The notes: a model not told the origin generated them from the letters alone. A stretch of DNA of 64,000 nt from Entomortierella parvispora E1425 (GCA_020891255.1 BQFW01000013.1:2596026-2660025); one strand, 5' to 3'; positions 48,820 to 62,000 are shown, counted from the first letter of the stretch. Numbers and translations: made by a program.

Positions 48820-49745
48820 CCAACCCATCCATCTCGTCCCTTGAATCCATCTCGTCTCTTCCATCCTTCTCGTCTCTTGCATCCCTCTTATCTCTTGCAT
48901 CCCTCTCATCTCTTGCATTGATCTCGTCCCTTGAATCCAACTCGTTTCTAGCATCCATCTTCTCGTCTCTTGCATTTTTTTCTTGCGCGCTTGCGTCCAA
49001 CTCATCTCTTGCATTCCTTCTTGCGTCCCTAGACTCACTTGTCCAACTCGTCTCTTTCGTTTCTTGCATCCCTCTCTCGTCTCGTCTCTTTCATCTTGTG
49101 CATCCTTCGACTTTCTCATCTGCTGCATTCCACAACCCCTGCATCCCTCTGTTGTCTCGACTCTTGCTTTTTTCCACTCTCGTCTCTTGCATCCATTTTC
49201 TTTTTTGCATTTCTCTCGTCTCTTGCATTCCTCTTCTTTTCTTGCATCTTTTTCGTCTCTTTCTTTTATATAGACTCTATCTCTCTTCTTTCTTACATCT
49301 CTCTTTTCTGCATCTCACCCATCGCTTGCATCCCTCTTCTTGTATTTGTATCCTCTCTTGTATCTCTCTTCTTGTTCATCATTCTCCTTTCCTGAACCCA
49401 ACACTCTTCTTTTACCTCTTGCGACCACTGTTTCAACTGACCCAATGCATCCAATTCGTCTCTTGAAGCAAACATCAACAGGTCTTTGTTGAGCCCTGCC
49501 TTTGTTCTTGCTCTCTTCTTCTCTTCCTGTTGTCACAGGCGTGGGCATTGCTTCTCGCTTTCTTCTCCCTTTCCTTTCTCACGCGTTGCTCCCTTCTCTC
49601 TCCCTTTGTCATCAACCACAACTTCTTTTACATCTAATCATACGGAGAAAGCTCATTCAGTCTAGCCAAGGACCAGAGTGGATGTGGGACAAACAAGATG
49701 CATGGAGGAAACATTTCATAATTCCGGCGCGGGCACTTCTCGGAT
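48820..49745 (+). repeat. Subtelomeric satellite plus unique module, paralogous to 61990-62830
   Basis: Shared cccaatgcatccaa...gagaaagctcattca.tctagcca...gcacttctc. Confidence 0.8.
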
Positions 49746-51130
49746 AATTCATGTCACTTTTGCGAAAGGGTATCCTTATGGCATCCGAGACTCGACCACA
49801 GTTGGAAAAGTTCCGCGAAGCAAGTCCAGCCGCCATTCACCTGCGGGTCTCCTCAACAACTGCCTATTCCACCTCAGCGAAGGGACTGCATCTCCATGGA
49901 CTTTGCCGGTCCATTCCCCTGCACTGAACGTGGTGTGGATACGGTCACAGTTCTTGTTGACAAACTCTCCAAGCAAGCGATTTTCGTACCATCAAGATCG
50001 ACAGACACAGCCTCGGATGTGGCACACAATTTTTTCAACCACGTCTTCCATCAGCACGGCATGCCTACAACAGGTTTTTTACGACCGCGACGCCAAGTTC
50101 ACTTTCACTAGCCATTTTTGGACCGCTCTCCACTCCCTCGTGGACACCAAACTCGCCCTCTCCACAGCCTTCCACCCCCAGACCGACGGTCAATCTGAAC
50201 GCGCCATTCAGACTCTCAAAACGATACTGCGGAACTATGTCTACCACAGGATATCCACCTGGGACCTCCTCACGGGATCGGAATTCGCCGACAACAACGC
50301 TATCAATGCTTCCACCGGGTTCTCACCTTTCTTCCACAACAAAGGATTCCATCCACGACTTCCATCGTCATTACCACCAACAACTTCCGTACCATCGGTC
50401 AACCAATTTATTCAGGAGCAACGCGAGCGATAGCGATGCTCAAGTCATGGCTCAAGAGCACCTCCACGATGCCCAACTTCGTCACTCACACCAAGCCCAC
50501 AAACACCAACGCAACCACACTTTCAAGATTGGCGACCAGGGCCTTCTCTCTACAGACCACTCCACTGCCCTAGCGGATCAACATCGCCCATCACGAAAGC
50601 TCCAGGCTAAATTCATTGGTCCCTACACCATATTGGAACAACGCTCACCAGTCTCGTTTCGGTTGGAACTTCCGTCGTCCTTACGCATCCACGATGTCTT
50701 CCATATGGACCGATTACGCGCCTACTCGCCATCACAGGAACGTCTGGGGGAACGCACACCGGCTCGACCACCACCCGAAACCATTGACGGCGTCCAAGCA
50801 TGGGAAGTCGAAGAAATGAGGCTCATGGAAGTTTCTGATTCTCTGGAAAGGATACCCGAGGGAGGATGGCACTTGGCAATGCGTAGCGACCTCCAACACT
50901 GCCCAGACATCCTCAAGAACTATGGCGACCGGGTTGGCGGGATTTTTGTTAAAACGGAAAGGTGTAACAGGATTGGATCGATATCCAACCATAGATCAAA
51001 CTTGGATAGCAAACAACCATAGATCAACTTAGATGCAACAACCTTAGGTCGAACGTAGATAGCGACACATGTATATAAGCAGCATAGATAGAAACCTTCA
51101 ACAAGCAACTTCCGAGCTCTTACTGTAACA
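49745..51130 (+). mobile_element. Degenerate Ty3/Gypsy (chromovirus-type) 3' fragment: integrase, GPY/F, chromodomain remnant, PPT and candidate 3' LTR at 50963-51130
   Basis: ISMDF.GPFP, VDKLSK, STAFHPQTDGQSER, KFIGPYTI and IHDVFH in shifted frames. Purine tract aaaacggaaagg is followed by TGTAACAG...CTGTAACA. Confidence 0.88.
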
Positions 51131-51325
51131 ACTGCTTTGCAAAAAAAAAAAAAAAAAAAAAAAAAAAGACAATCAAAGACTCCTACATCTGTCGCAATGC
51201 AAACTGTTTTTTCAAACGCATTTTTATTTATCTTGCAAGAGACCATGTTGAACATTGATCTGCACGTTTGCTCCGCGAGTTAGCCATCGTTTTACCGGGT
51301 AGAAGGAGCAGGCATCCTAGAACCT

Positions 51326-51856
51326 CTACTCAGTTTTCGCGCAAGACTTCCTGCATTCATCCCTGGTCTTGCACCCCGTCGCGCAATTGGTGGCTGAAGA
51401 GGGAAAGATTGCAGGGGGGAATGTGTCCAGGCACTTCTGGTCGCAACCGCTGCACACGTCTTTGCATGCGTCAACGGCATTGGAGATAAGTGACCCGTTT
51501 TGCCTCAGGATGATGCACGTCTGTACGCAATCGTTGCTGGCGCACACCTCTCCGCAAGGATCCTGTAACCCGAATATGTTCTCGCACCTGTGCTGGCAGC
51601 TGAACACGTTACTGCATGCGGCAAAAGAACCAGGACCGGCATTGGTGACGCAAGCTTCAACAGCCACCCTGTCGCAGGCGAAGTTGCACGGTCCCCCGGT
51701 TTCCTTGCACTTCTTATTCTTCCAAAGGGCTTCTTCCTCATTTGTGACGGGGGCCTGGATGGGGGCCTGGACTCCATCCTGTGGGGTCTCCGGTGTGGCG
51801 AGCGTGGAAGCGACGGCCAAGGTCGTGATCAGCAGGACACTAAACAGGTTCTTCAT
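51326..51856 (-). CDS. Secreted Cys-rich protein, 176 aa, 19 Cys, eight CxxxC motifs
   Basis: Intronless; signal peptide MKNLFSVLLITTLAVASTLA. Confidence 0.85.
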   Translation of the reverse strand: MKNLFSVLLITTLAVASTLATPETPQDGVQAPIQAPVTNEEEALWKNKKCKETGGPCNFACDRVAVEACVTNAGPGSFAACSNVFSCQHRCENIFGLQDPCGEVCASNDCVQTCIILRQNGSLISNAVDACKDVCSGCDQKCLDTFPPAIFPSSATNCATGCKTRDECRKSCAKTE

Positions 51857-52294
51857 CTTGAGAAATTGATTCGCGAAGGCTTTAAGAAGAGACGGTGATG
51901 ATGATAGTAGAGAAGTCTGGTTGGAAAAGGCAGGAAGAACTAAAGATGACAGGAAGAGGGGATTTGACGAAGATGTTGTCAGGGTTTAAATAAGGAAGAA
52001 GAAAATGTTTTCACGCGTATGGATTGTCATTCAGTGGCTGCGTCGCATTATCAGATTGATATTAGGGACTTCGAAAGCGTGCATTTCAAGCATGTCCAAC
52101 ATCAGTGAAAGGAGATAACATCGCTTTTACCCAAGTCAAGAGAAATAAAGGGGCAGATCCAAATTCTAGGCGCGATGGCGTAGAATGAGGTCATATGCAG
52201 ACATATTCTAGTACACTCTCGTGGTAAACCTGTCTATCCATCATTTCAGGGGCCAAGGCCCGCATTCCTCGTAGGGTGCCATAGTTCGTCATAA

Positions 52295-52617
52295 ATGGGC
52301 AAAACTTCGTTGAGGGGGAAGGACTTGATCCCTAGCTGTGCCCCTCCATCGAAGTTTTGCCCAAGTTTGCCCAAGTTTGATCAAGTGTTCCTCCTTTTGG
52401 AGGAATGTGTGTGGAGGTCTGCTCCAACATCCAAGTTTGCCAAGTTTTACCCTTTTAGAGGAATTGTGTTCGGGTCTGCTTCTCTCAAGGGTCTCTCGGC
52501 ATAGACTGGCACGAAGATAAATGAGGCAGAGGCGTGCGCGTCTGGGCAAACTTGGGCGAACTTGGGCAAAACGTGGGCAAAACTTGGGCAACTTGGGCCC
52601 ACTTGGGCAAAAAGAAC
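52295..52617. repeat. Cluster of ACTTGGGC(AAA) motifs in opposing orientations (foldback/MITE-like)
   Basis: ttgcccaagt repeats at about 52355-52445 face acttgggcaa repeats at about 52545-52615. Confidence 0.65.
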
Positions 52618-53089
52618 TAGCTAGTGCCATGTTGGCGCCACCATGAAAACACGCGTCTCTGACGCGACTCCAACAGGGAACGGTCGAGGGCAACGCCTTG
52701 CGTCCATTCTTCTTTCTGATTTTTTTCTTCCCTCTTCCCTCTGCCTGCATCACCACATCATTGTCCTCTCTCCCTCTCTTCCCTTTCTTCTTGTCCCTCT
52801 CTTCTCTTTCCTCTTGTCCCTCTCTTCTCTTCCCTTTCTCTTCCCTCTCTGTCTTCCCCCTCTCTTGACTTTCTCTTGATTCCCTTCCCTGTCTTCCTCT
52901 AACCCCTCCTTTCGCCCTTTCATTTCGCCTTTCCCTCCCATACCTCTCACCCCTAGCTTCTTCCTGCGTCCCCGCAGCTTGTGCATGCCCACCCAAGGGA
53001 GGAATGATCTGCAGTCACTGCTGAAATCGAATGACACTTTGTGGCTACTGCTGCCCCCTCCCCCCTCCCTGATCAGATAAGGATAAAAA

Positions 53090-55960
53090 CCAAGGACCTG
53101 TTATCGCGGGATCGACCTTGAAAAAGCTGCCTTGATCTCATGATCTGTGCCACAATATGGGCGATGCAAGTCTCTGCTCCTTCTCGAGCCATCAGGAACT
53201 CTCTTGCATTCCACTCGGTCGCCAACTAAGTGGATATATGAAGTACATGCCCATCGACTGAGCCATGTTCGGTCGCTTGTTTTCGGTTTACAGTTGTTTT
53301 TGATGTGCCGCGTTTCCTGTGAAGCCCATCTCTTCTGTTGATAGACGGCCTAACCCAAATGTTCCTCTACTTTGTCCTCTTCTAGCTTTCGTGGCCTCTT
53401 TCTCTGTTGGAGCACCACTGTCTAAATCAAGATCCTTTCATATTGAGGCAGGTGAGTGCCACGAGCAGCGCAAGGACAGTGAGGAGGGGAAAAGTACACG
53501 ATCCTGTGTTGCGGTTATCTGCTTTTGTGGGGCAGATTGATCTCATTTAGAAGAAAAAGCGGAGGAACAGCCTTTTGCGATTGGCTGCTGAGAAGGCATA
53601 CGCCCGAGCGAGGAAGTTCCACGAGACTCGAATGAGATAGTCGTTGTTCTCTTGATGCACCTCTCTGTCGTAGCCTTTATCTTTCTTGCTAATGAGAGGA
53701 TAGCCTGCTCAGTAGTCCTTGTCGTGCGTATCCTTCTCTTCGATCCCTGGATCACTGAGGGAAGCAGAACAGATACATGTCCAATGGTAGGGTGCGATCG
53801 ATGGGTGAGCGCGCAGGAAGAGGCTATGAAGGTAGACTCAGAGCATTCGTTCATGGTCGGATTGATGGAGACCCGCTTGTCCTTGACTTAGAACCAAATT
53901 CCGGCTGGCTTCAGAGGAAGCTGGCCAGTTCTCTTCGCCAGAGCACAACAAAACGAAGGGGCTACATCCACTGTGACAACTCTCGCTCCGTGCCTACGTT
54001 AGGATGCACATGTCCATCCAGGGTCCAAGGAAAGAGCAATCTTGGAGAGGCACTTTGCAGCCGCTGGTACAAAAAAAAAAAATGTCAACGACTGTGCACC
54101 GTGTTTTCGTTTGTTGTCCGCATCGCATGGACTGATCGTTCCTGAACTCTCTTGCCCTTCTCTTCTCTTTCCTCTTGCCCTTCTCTTCTCTTTCTTCTTG
54201 TCCTTATCTTCTCTTCCCTTCCACTCCTCTCGACAATCATCCCAAGACCATTGTCGAGGGGAAAAATGCGCGTTGTTATTTGTTGCCGTTGGGACTGATC
54301 ATCCCTGAACTAGTCTCTTTTTCTCTCCCTTCCCTCCATCTCTCTTTGTCTCTTACCTTCCTAGGCTTGCCATCTCGTCTCTTCCATGCCTCTCATCTCT
54401 TCCATACCTCCTCTTCCATTTACAGCATTCGCTCATGCCGGACAGATGGGTGCTAACCCGACCTTGACTTGTTGGAAACAAATGCCCTTCAGCTCCAGCA
54501 GCAGAGGGAACCTCAAAAAAAAGGGGGGACAAATGTCCTCATGTTCTGACACGTCGATCCAGTCCATTCCCTGCGGCGCGACAACGAAGAGAATTGGAAG
54601 AAGATATTGCGCTGCCGACTGTGGCATCTATCTCCACATCAGAGTGGACATATCTAACCAAGGGAGGAGTAATTCTTGGAGGAGCAGTTTACAGCTGCTG
54701 GCGAGAAAAAAAAACCCCCCAAGAGCCCCGCCTCCTTTTTGTTTGTTGTCGCATGGACTGATCGTTTCTGTCTCCTCATGATGATCGTCTCTTCTCTTCT
54801 CTCTCGGTCGTCTCTCTTTTCCCTGTTGCATGTCTCTTCTCTTCTCTCTTGCTCGTCTCTTCTTCCGCCTTGTCCCTTTCCTCTTTTCCCTCTTTCTCTT
54901 CTCTTCTCTTCCGTCTTGTTCCTCTCGTGTCTTCCCTCTCTTCTCTTCTTTCTTGCTCTTCTGTTTCTTCTTTCTTCGTCAGGTATTCTCTTTTAACTTG
55001 TCTGGTCTCCCCCCTTGCATCGCTCTTTCGTCTGTTGCATTCAACTATTCTCCCTCCCTTCTTCCTTTCTTCTCTTCCCTCTTGTTCGTCAGTCTTGATC
55101 GTTTCTTCTCTTCCTTCCCTCTTCACTTCTTCACCCTTGAACTTGTTGGTCGCAATACGTGAGTTTCGCGCTCGTCCCCTTCCCCTTCGTTACTTTCCCC
55201 TCATCCCTCTCTTCTCTTGCATCCTCTGTGACAACCCCGAAAGGTGCGCTTGCCTGCCCAAGGGATGAATGATATGACGTCTTGAGGTGAAAGTGCTGCT
55301 GGCGCAAAAAGAAAAAGCAAGCGCAAAAGAAAAGGACCCGCATGGACCAATCGTTCCTGGTCGCCTGTCATTTTGTTTGTCTCCGCTGTTGTCTCCTCAC
55401 GGAAAGACCAAGACTCCATGTTGGTCCCTTCTGTGCCTCTCTTCTCTTCCCTCTTGGTCGCCTGTTGTCTCCCTCTTGCCCCCCTCTCGTCTTTCCTCAC
55501 TTCTATTCCCGTTTGCCCCTCTCTTCTCTTTGATCCCTCCCCTGTCCCTCTCTTCTCTTCCCTCTTGTCTCGGGCGAGTGCAGCCTCCTTTTGGCCAAAA
55601 AAAAAAAGAATCGAGGGGAAGAAGCGTGCGTTGTTGATTGTTGCTGGATTGATCGTCCGACTAATCTGATCTTGCCCAGTCAGTTCCATCTCTCTCGTCT
55701 CTTGCACAGCCAACTGGTCTCTTGCATCAAAACGGGTCTCTTGTATTCATCTCGTCCCCATCCAACTTGATCCTTCTTCCAACTCATCTCTTGCATTCTT
55801 CTCTTGCACAAGGGACGCAGGAGATGAGCTGCAGCAAGCGTCCCTTCTCACCTTCTCTCACGTTTCCTGCGTCGCTCTTCTCTCTCGTCTTTTGTATCCC
55901 ATCCCCCTTCTCTCTTCTTGCATCCCCTCGTACTCTTGTGTCCCCCTCGTTCTCTTATTT
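53090..55960 (+). repeat. Subtelomeric segmental repeat, left copy
   Basis: Colinear with 59030-62100, from ggatcgaccttgaaaa.gctgccttgatctcatgatctg onward. Confidence 0.85.
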
Positions 55961-56474
55961 CTCCCTAGTCCCCCTAGTCTAACCTCTTTCGCCTTTCGCA
56001 GCCACCGGCTCAGTAGGAAAACGTGCATCCGGAAAACGTCCTGCCACATTATTATTATTATTAGACTAGTAGTAGTCTATATCGCGCGGCAAAATGAAAA
56101 AAAGGTTGACAACAATGGAGCATGCACCCTCCTTTTTTTTTCAACAACATTGTCTTGGGTCTTCCATAATGCAACCAAGCTGATTTGCCCTGCTGGACAC
56201 AGACACATGAATGGAGCATGCACCCGACGGGTAAAATGACTTTTTTTTCAAGTCAATTGAGAGCCTTGTCGGAGGCGCAAAGTTTTTTCCATTTTACACT
56301 CGATTTATTTTGCGCATGTATTAGGGAAGCACAATGGGCGCGTGAATGATATCACCGAAGTAAATCGCAGCGATGAGAATCGCATGAGCTGTGTGCATCG
56401 CACTGACCGCGCTTTTCTGACTGCGGCAAAAGGCACTCTTCACCACTTTCCACTTTCATCACCTCTCGCTAACG

Positions 56475-58954
56475 ATGGAACGAAAATACTGGTGCATCGA
56501 CGATGGAAGAGCCATTGGCAGGCCCTTCTCGGTCACTCTTACCAAACCTCATCCCGACGTTGAGGACCTCCAAATGGCCATCAACGATAAATTGAAGCTT
56601 CGAACACCATCGATGAATCTCATCCTTTACAAATGGACCAAGCCTCATGACGCTGACAACAAGAGCATACTTGAGGTCGAGAAGCTACCCGAAAAAGTGG
56701 AGCTTGATCCACAGAAATTTGTCTCCAGTCTTGCACTTGATGCAGATACCTATATCCTCGTCCAAAAACCACCAGGTAATGCAGCTTTGCCTTTCTCTAA
56801 TTGTTGCTCGTGCTGTGGTCATCATGTGACGATTGTTTGTCAATTCAGTTGTTTCCTTGTGAGCCTTATTGTTCTAACCTTGCCTTTTCACCATGTCCTA
56901 GATGAAGCTCGTCCTAGCTCGCCGCAGTTAGGTATGTCAATCATGTAGTAGCCCACGTAGAGCACCCCTGTGTCTGATGATTTTTCTAATTGTTGCTCGT
57001 GCTGTGGTCATCATTGTGGCGACTAATGTACTTCCCACGATGTTCATCTTCATAGGAGTGAAAAGAGCTCGCACTGAAGAGAATCTCGTTCAGCCATTCC
57101 TCAAACGATTCCATCCAAACAGCACAGTGTACATGCAAATACGTCCTCTTGTCTACTACGCTGATCAAACAGACAACAACAAACCTCTTATCCAAAGAAT
57201 TCATAATGGTGAATTTGTTCGAGTGTTTGGAGCCAGGGCCTCCGGGAAATCTTCCCGTATCGTCGACGCCATGGAAGTACTGAAAGACTTCTACGAGTGC
57301 TTTTAGTAAGTAGACTATAGTGTTTATTCGGCTCCTGTGTGTATCAAGCTATCATCTCAAACTAACTACCTCTGAAACAGTGTTGATTTCTCGGATTTGA
57401 CTCTCTCCAGCGAAGAAGCGTTCTGGTCGTCTCTTTGCAATATTCTGAAACTGAGCGGCACTCCGCTTGCGTTCAACAGCGTACACGGATTTCACAATGC
57501 CTTCAATGCGGAACACAAGAGATGGACTCGACAGGTGGTTATTTTCTTTGACGAGTTCGATAGGCTTCATGAGCCTTATGCCGTCGACATTTGCTCTTCA
57601 ATGTTAAGCCAACTTCGTAGTATCAGGAACGAACCCTCTAGAGGATCAAACAAACCATCGCACGTCATCCGCTCGATCGTTTCTATTGGGACGTATGCTA
57701 TTCTCGAGTTAAACCAAACAGAATCTAGGCTCTCGCCCTTCAACTCCAGTGACAACTTTCAAAACAGAAGTCTTTCAATGGACCAAGTACATGACCTCTA
57801 TCGAGAGTTTGCAGCAGATCGCCGCATGACCATAGACAACGATGTTGTTGGATGTATCTTTTCGATGTGTAATGGGTAAGTGGTGACAGCAAATTGTGCT
57901 GGGATGCTGACCCCGATACTGATCATGATAGCTCTCATGTAGGCATGCGGGACTGGTCAATATATGTGGCGTTGCGTTGGAAAAGAGCCTTTCCATGATG
58001 CCTCTTCCCCTACGAGTCAACATGACTCATTGGGAATCCGTCGCCAACAGAATTATCGTTGCTATGGAATCGTACGGAACATTCCAGAGATTAATCCGTG
58101 ATCTCCGTGGAGAATCAGAACACCAAAAGGCGGCACTGGCTTTCTATCGATCTCGCTTCCTTGGAAATGCAAGCGATGTGACGCTACAGGTGACTGCCCA
58201 TCCCGACCGCGAGCTCGCAAGATTCTTAGTGGCTCTTGGTTTGTTGCTTGCAGAAGAAGAAGACGGGACAGGGGACGGATTCAAAGTTGCATCGCCTCTT
58301 ATGGACTCTTTCGTTCTACAAATCGTGATTCCGTCTATGTACCGCAACGCCCCCACTACTTCACCTCCACTCCGCGATGGGTCACTGGATGTAATGGAAA
58401 TCATCAAATCCGCACTTCATTTTTTCGACAAGCTGTTCATATATCAGGCCCACGGGTTGTCGTACAAGTCGTCGCCATACGCTGTTCTTGTGAACGGTTC
58501 TCGAAGGCAGTCTGTGCCTCGAGAGAGTGTATATGATTCGGAGATGACGAGAATTTTTAGGAACTGGCTTTCTACTCTACATGGCTATGAAGTTATAGGT
58601 CAACGTCATATCAGCAGTTTATACTGTGATATCGTGCTCAGAAGAGGTGTTGAACAACCCCCTATTGTGTTGGAGTTGTTGGCGACCTCGACTGCTGTTG
58701 AGATCCAACAATATATCGAAAGAACCGTCAGGTACAAGAATCTCATGGGAACAAACGAGGGATGGGTAGTCTACTTCACAAGGGAAGACAACTACCTCCT
58801 GCATCCATATTGGCCAGGAAACGGGACATTGGACACTGGCATCAAAATGGTCCATATTTGGCACAATCAGCACTTCACCGAGGTCCGTTTGAGCGCCAGA
58901 TGGAAGACTTCGGATGGACAGATGATTACAGTCGACGGCGAGCGTGTAATTTGA
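56475..58954 (+). CDS. Intact Crinkler (CRN)-type effector: Ubl N-terminus, P-loop NTPase and REase-fold domain, 695 aa
   Basis: Exons 56475-56775, 56902-56931, 57056-57305, 57381-57875, 57943-58954 (2088 nt). YILVQKPP (HVLVxxP-like), GARASGKS, IFFDEFD, GHAGLVNICG, PRESVYD and CDIVL...IVLELLAT. Confidence 0.85.
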
Positions 58955-59029
58955 GATCCTCCCATGCACTACCACACTTGCAAGTATGCGTGGAATCCAC
59001 CAAGTGCAGAAAAGAGAAAAATAAGAGGA

Positions 59030-62000
59030 TGGTTATCATGGATCGACCTTGAAAAGGCTGCCTTGATCTCATGATCTGTATCGCAATATCGGCAATGTAT
59101 GTCCCTGCTCCTTTTCGAACCACCAGGAACTTCGATCAAACTTGGCATGTATTTCCGTTGTAAGATTGTTATCATCTCTCAGCAATACGGACATGGCATA
59201 CATAGGTCCCGCTCTCCTTCGTCAGGTCCACCTTGTTATTATTACCTGCCAGATGATGAGTCACTTCCCCCTAGTTCGCTTTGATTCAGCCTTAGGCCTG
59301 TACATCCTACACCACACAATTGTATGTGGCTCCTTACCTTGTCATAATAAACCATGCCTTTCGGCCCTTTTCTTATTCTTGCCCTGTCTGATCGTGACAA
59401 CGACTTTTTGTCTCCTGGCTAACATCGATCAATATCGTGACTTGTCTCCCTTGCACTCCAGATAAGTCATGGGAAAAGAATCGAGACAGAGTGTCTTGGG
59501 GTCCTTGGGGTTGCACTTGAGGAACAAAGTCAAGTCGTGTCAGCTTTCTTCTCATGTATCGCTGTCCTCCCAATTCTTTCTTACCTTTGTCTCTCCCTTC
59601 GTTTCATCTTTCTTCCATCTTGCCTCTTGCATTCCACTCGGCCGCCAACTAAGTCGATATATGAACTACATGAACTACATACCCATTGATTGAGCCAGGT
59701 TCGGCCGCTTGTCTTCTGTTTATAGTCCTGATTGTTGATGTGCCGCGTTTCGCGTGGAGCCCATCTCTTCTGTTGATAGACTGCCAAACCAAAATGTTCC
59801 TCTACATTGTCCTCTTCTAGCTTTCGTGGTCTCTTTCTCTGTTGCAGCACCACTGCCTAAACCAAGATCGTTTCATCTTGAGGTAGGCGAGTGCCATAAG
59901 CAGGGCAAGGACAGTGAGGAGCGGAAAAATACACGATCCTGTGCTGCGATTATCAGCTCTTGCGGGACAGATCGATCTCTTTTAGAAGAAAAAGCGGAGG
60001 AACTGCCTTTTGCGATTGCCTGCTGAGAAGGCGTCGGAGCGAGGAAGTTCCACGAGACTCGAAAGAAATAGTTGTTCTTTTGATGCACCTCTCTGTCAAA
60101 GCCTTCATCTTTCTTGCCTAGTGAGAGGATAGCCTGCTCAGTTGTCTTTGTCGTGCGTGCCCTTCTCTTCAATCCCTGGATCACTGAGGGAAGCAGCACA
60201 GATACATGTCAAATGGTAGGGTGCGATCGATGGGTGAGCGCGCAGGAAGAGGCTATGGAGAGCATTCTTTCATGGTCAGATTAATGGAGACCCCGCTTGT
60301 CCTTGACTTGGAGCCCTATTCCCAGTGGCACCTGTGGAAACCGGACGCGGAATCCAAAAAAAAAAAAGAAAAAAAAATCGCGTCTTGACGCGCTTTCCTC
60401 TCCGCCAGAGCACAACAAACAGAAGGGACTTCGAGGAAGAGGTCGCACCATCCACTGTGACAACTCTCGCACCGTGCCTGCATCGAGATGCACATGTCCA
60501 TCCAAGGTCTAAAGAAGGAGCAATCATGGAGAAGCACTTTGCGGCCGCTGGCACAAAAAAAAAGTCAGCGACTCTCCACTGTGTTGTCGTTTGTTGTCCG
60601 CATCGCATGGACTGATCGTTCCTGAACTCTCTTGCCCTTCTCTTCTCTTTCCTCTTGTCCCTATCTTCTCTTCCCTTCTATTCCCTCTCGACAATTATCC
60701 CAAGACCATTGTAGAGGGGGAGAAATGCGCGTTGTTGTTTGTTGCCGTTGGGACTGAACTGGTCTCTTTCTCTCTCCCTCCCTCCATCTCTCTTTGTCTC
60801 CTACCTTCCTAGGCTTGCCATCTCGTCTCTTCCATACCTCTTTCTCTTCCATTTACAGCATTCACTCATGCCGCACAGATGGGTGCTAACTGACCTTGAC
60901 TTGATGGAAACAAATGCCCTTCATCTCCAGCAGGCAGCAGAGGAAACTTCAAAAAAAAAGTGGACAAATGTTCTCATGTTTTGACACGTCGATCCAGTCC
61001 ATTCCCTGCGGCGCGACAGCGAAGAGAACTGGAAGAAGACATTATTGCGCTGCCGACTGTGGCATCTATCTCCGCATCAGAGTGGACATGTCCATCCAAG
61101 GGAGGAGTAATTCTTGGAGGAGCAGTTTACAGCTGCTGGCGAGAAAAAAAAAAAACCAAGAACCCTGCCCCCATTTTGTTTGTTGTCGCGTGGACTGACC
61201 GTTTCTTCTCCTTTTTGCTCTCCTCTTTCGGAACTCACTATCTTCCCCGTTGCTTCTCTCTTCTCTTCTCTCTTGCTCGTCTCTTCTTCCGCCTTGTCCC
61301 CCTCCTCTTCTCCCTCTTTCTCTTCTCTTCTCTTCGGTCTTGTTCCTCTCGTGTCTTCCCTCTCTTCTCTTCTTTCTTGCTCCACCGTTTTCTTCCTCTT
61401 ATTTTCCTTTGACGGTGTTTTCTTTTCTCTTGAACTTGTCAACTGTCCGTCTCTTCTTTTCTCTCCCTTCTTTCCTTTCTTCTCTTCCCTCTTGATCGTC
61501 TTTCGTCTTCTCTTCTCTCTTGTTCGTCAGTCTTGATCATTTCTTGTCTTCACTCTTGCACTTTTTGGTCACACGATGTGAGTTTCGTGCTCGTCCACCC
61601 TTCCTCGGGATGACAGCGCAAAAAAAAAAAAAAGCACAAAAGGGACCCGCATGGACTGATCGCACCGGGGTCGTTTGTCTCAGCTTTTGTTGTCCTCTCG
61701 TCCCCCTCTTCTCTTCTCTTCCTCCTCTTCTCCTCTTCTCCTCCCTCTTGTTCCTCCTTCCTCTTGTTCCTCCTCTTCTCTTTCCTCTTGTTCCTCCTCT
61801 TCTCCTCCCTCTTGTCCCTCCTGTTGTCCCTCCTGTCCTCTTCCCTCCCAAGACCAATGTTCTTTTGGATGGGGCCAGTGCAGCCTCCATTTGTCAAACA
61901 AAAAAGGCCGAGGGGGAAACGGGCGGTTGTTGTTTGTTGGATGGAGCGTCCCTGAACTTGTGTCTTTTTCTCCCGTCTGTCCCTCCTTTCTCTTGCCATC

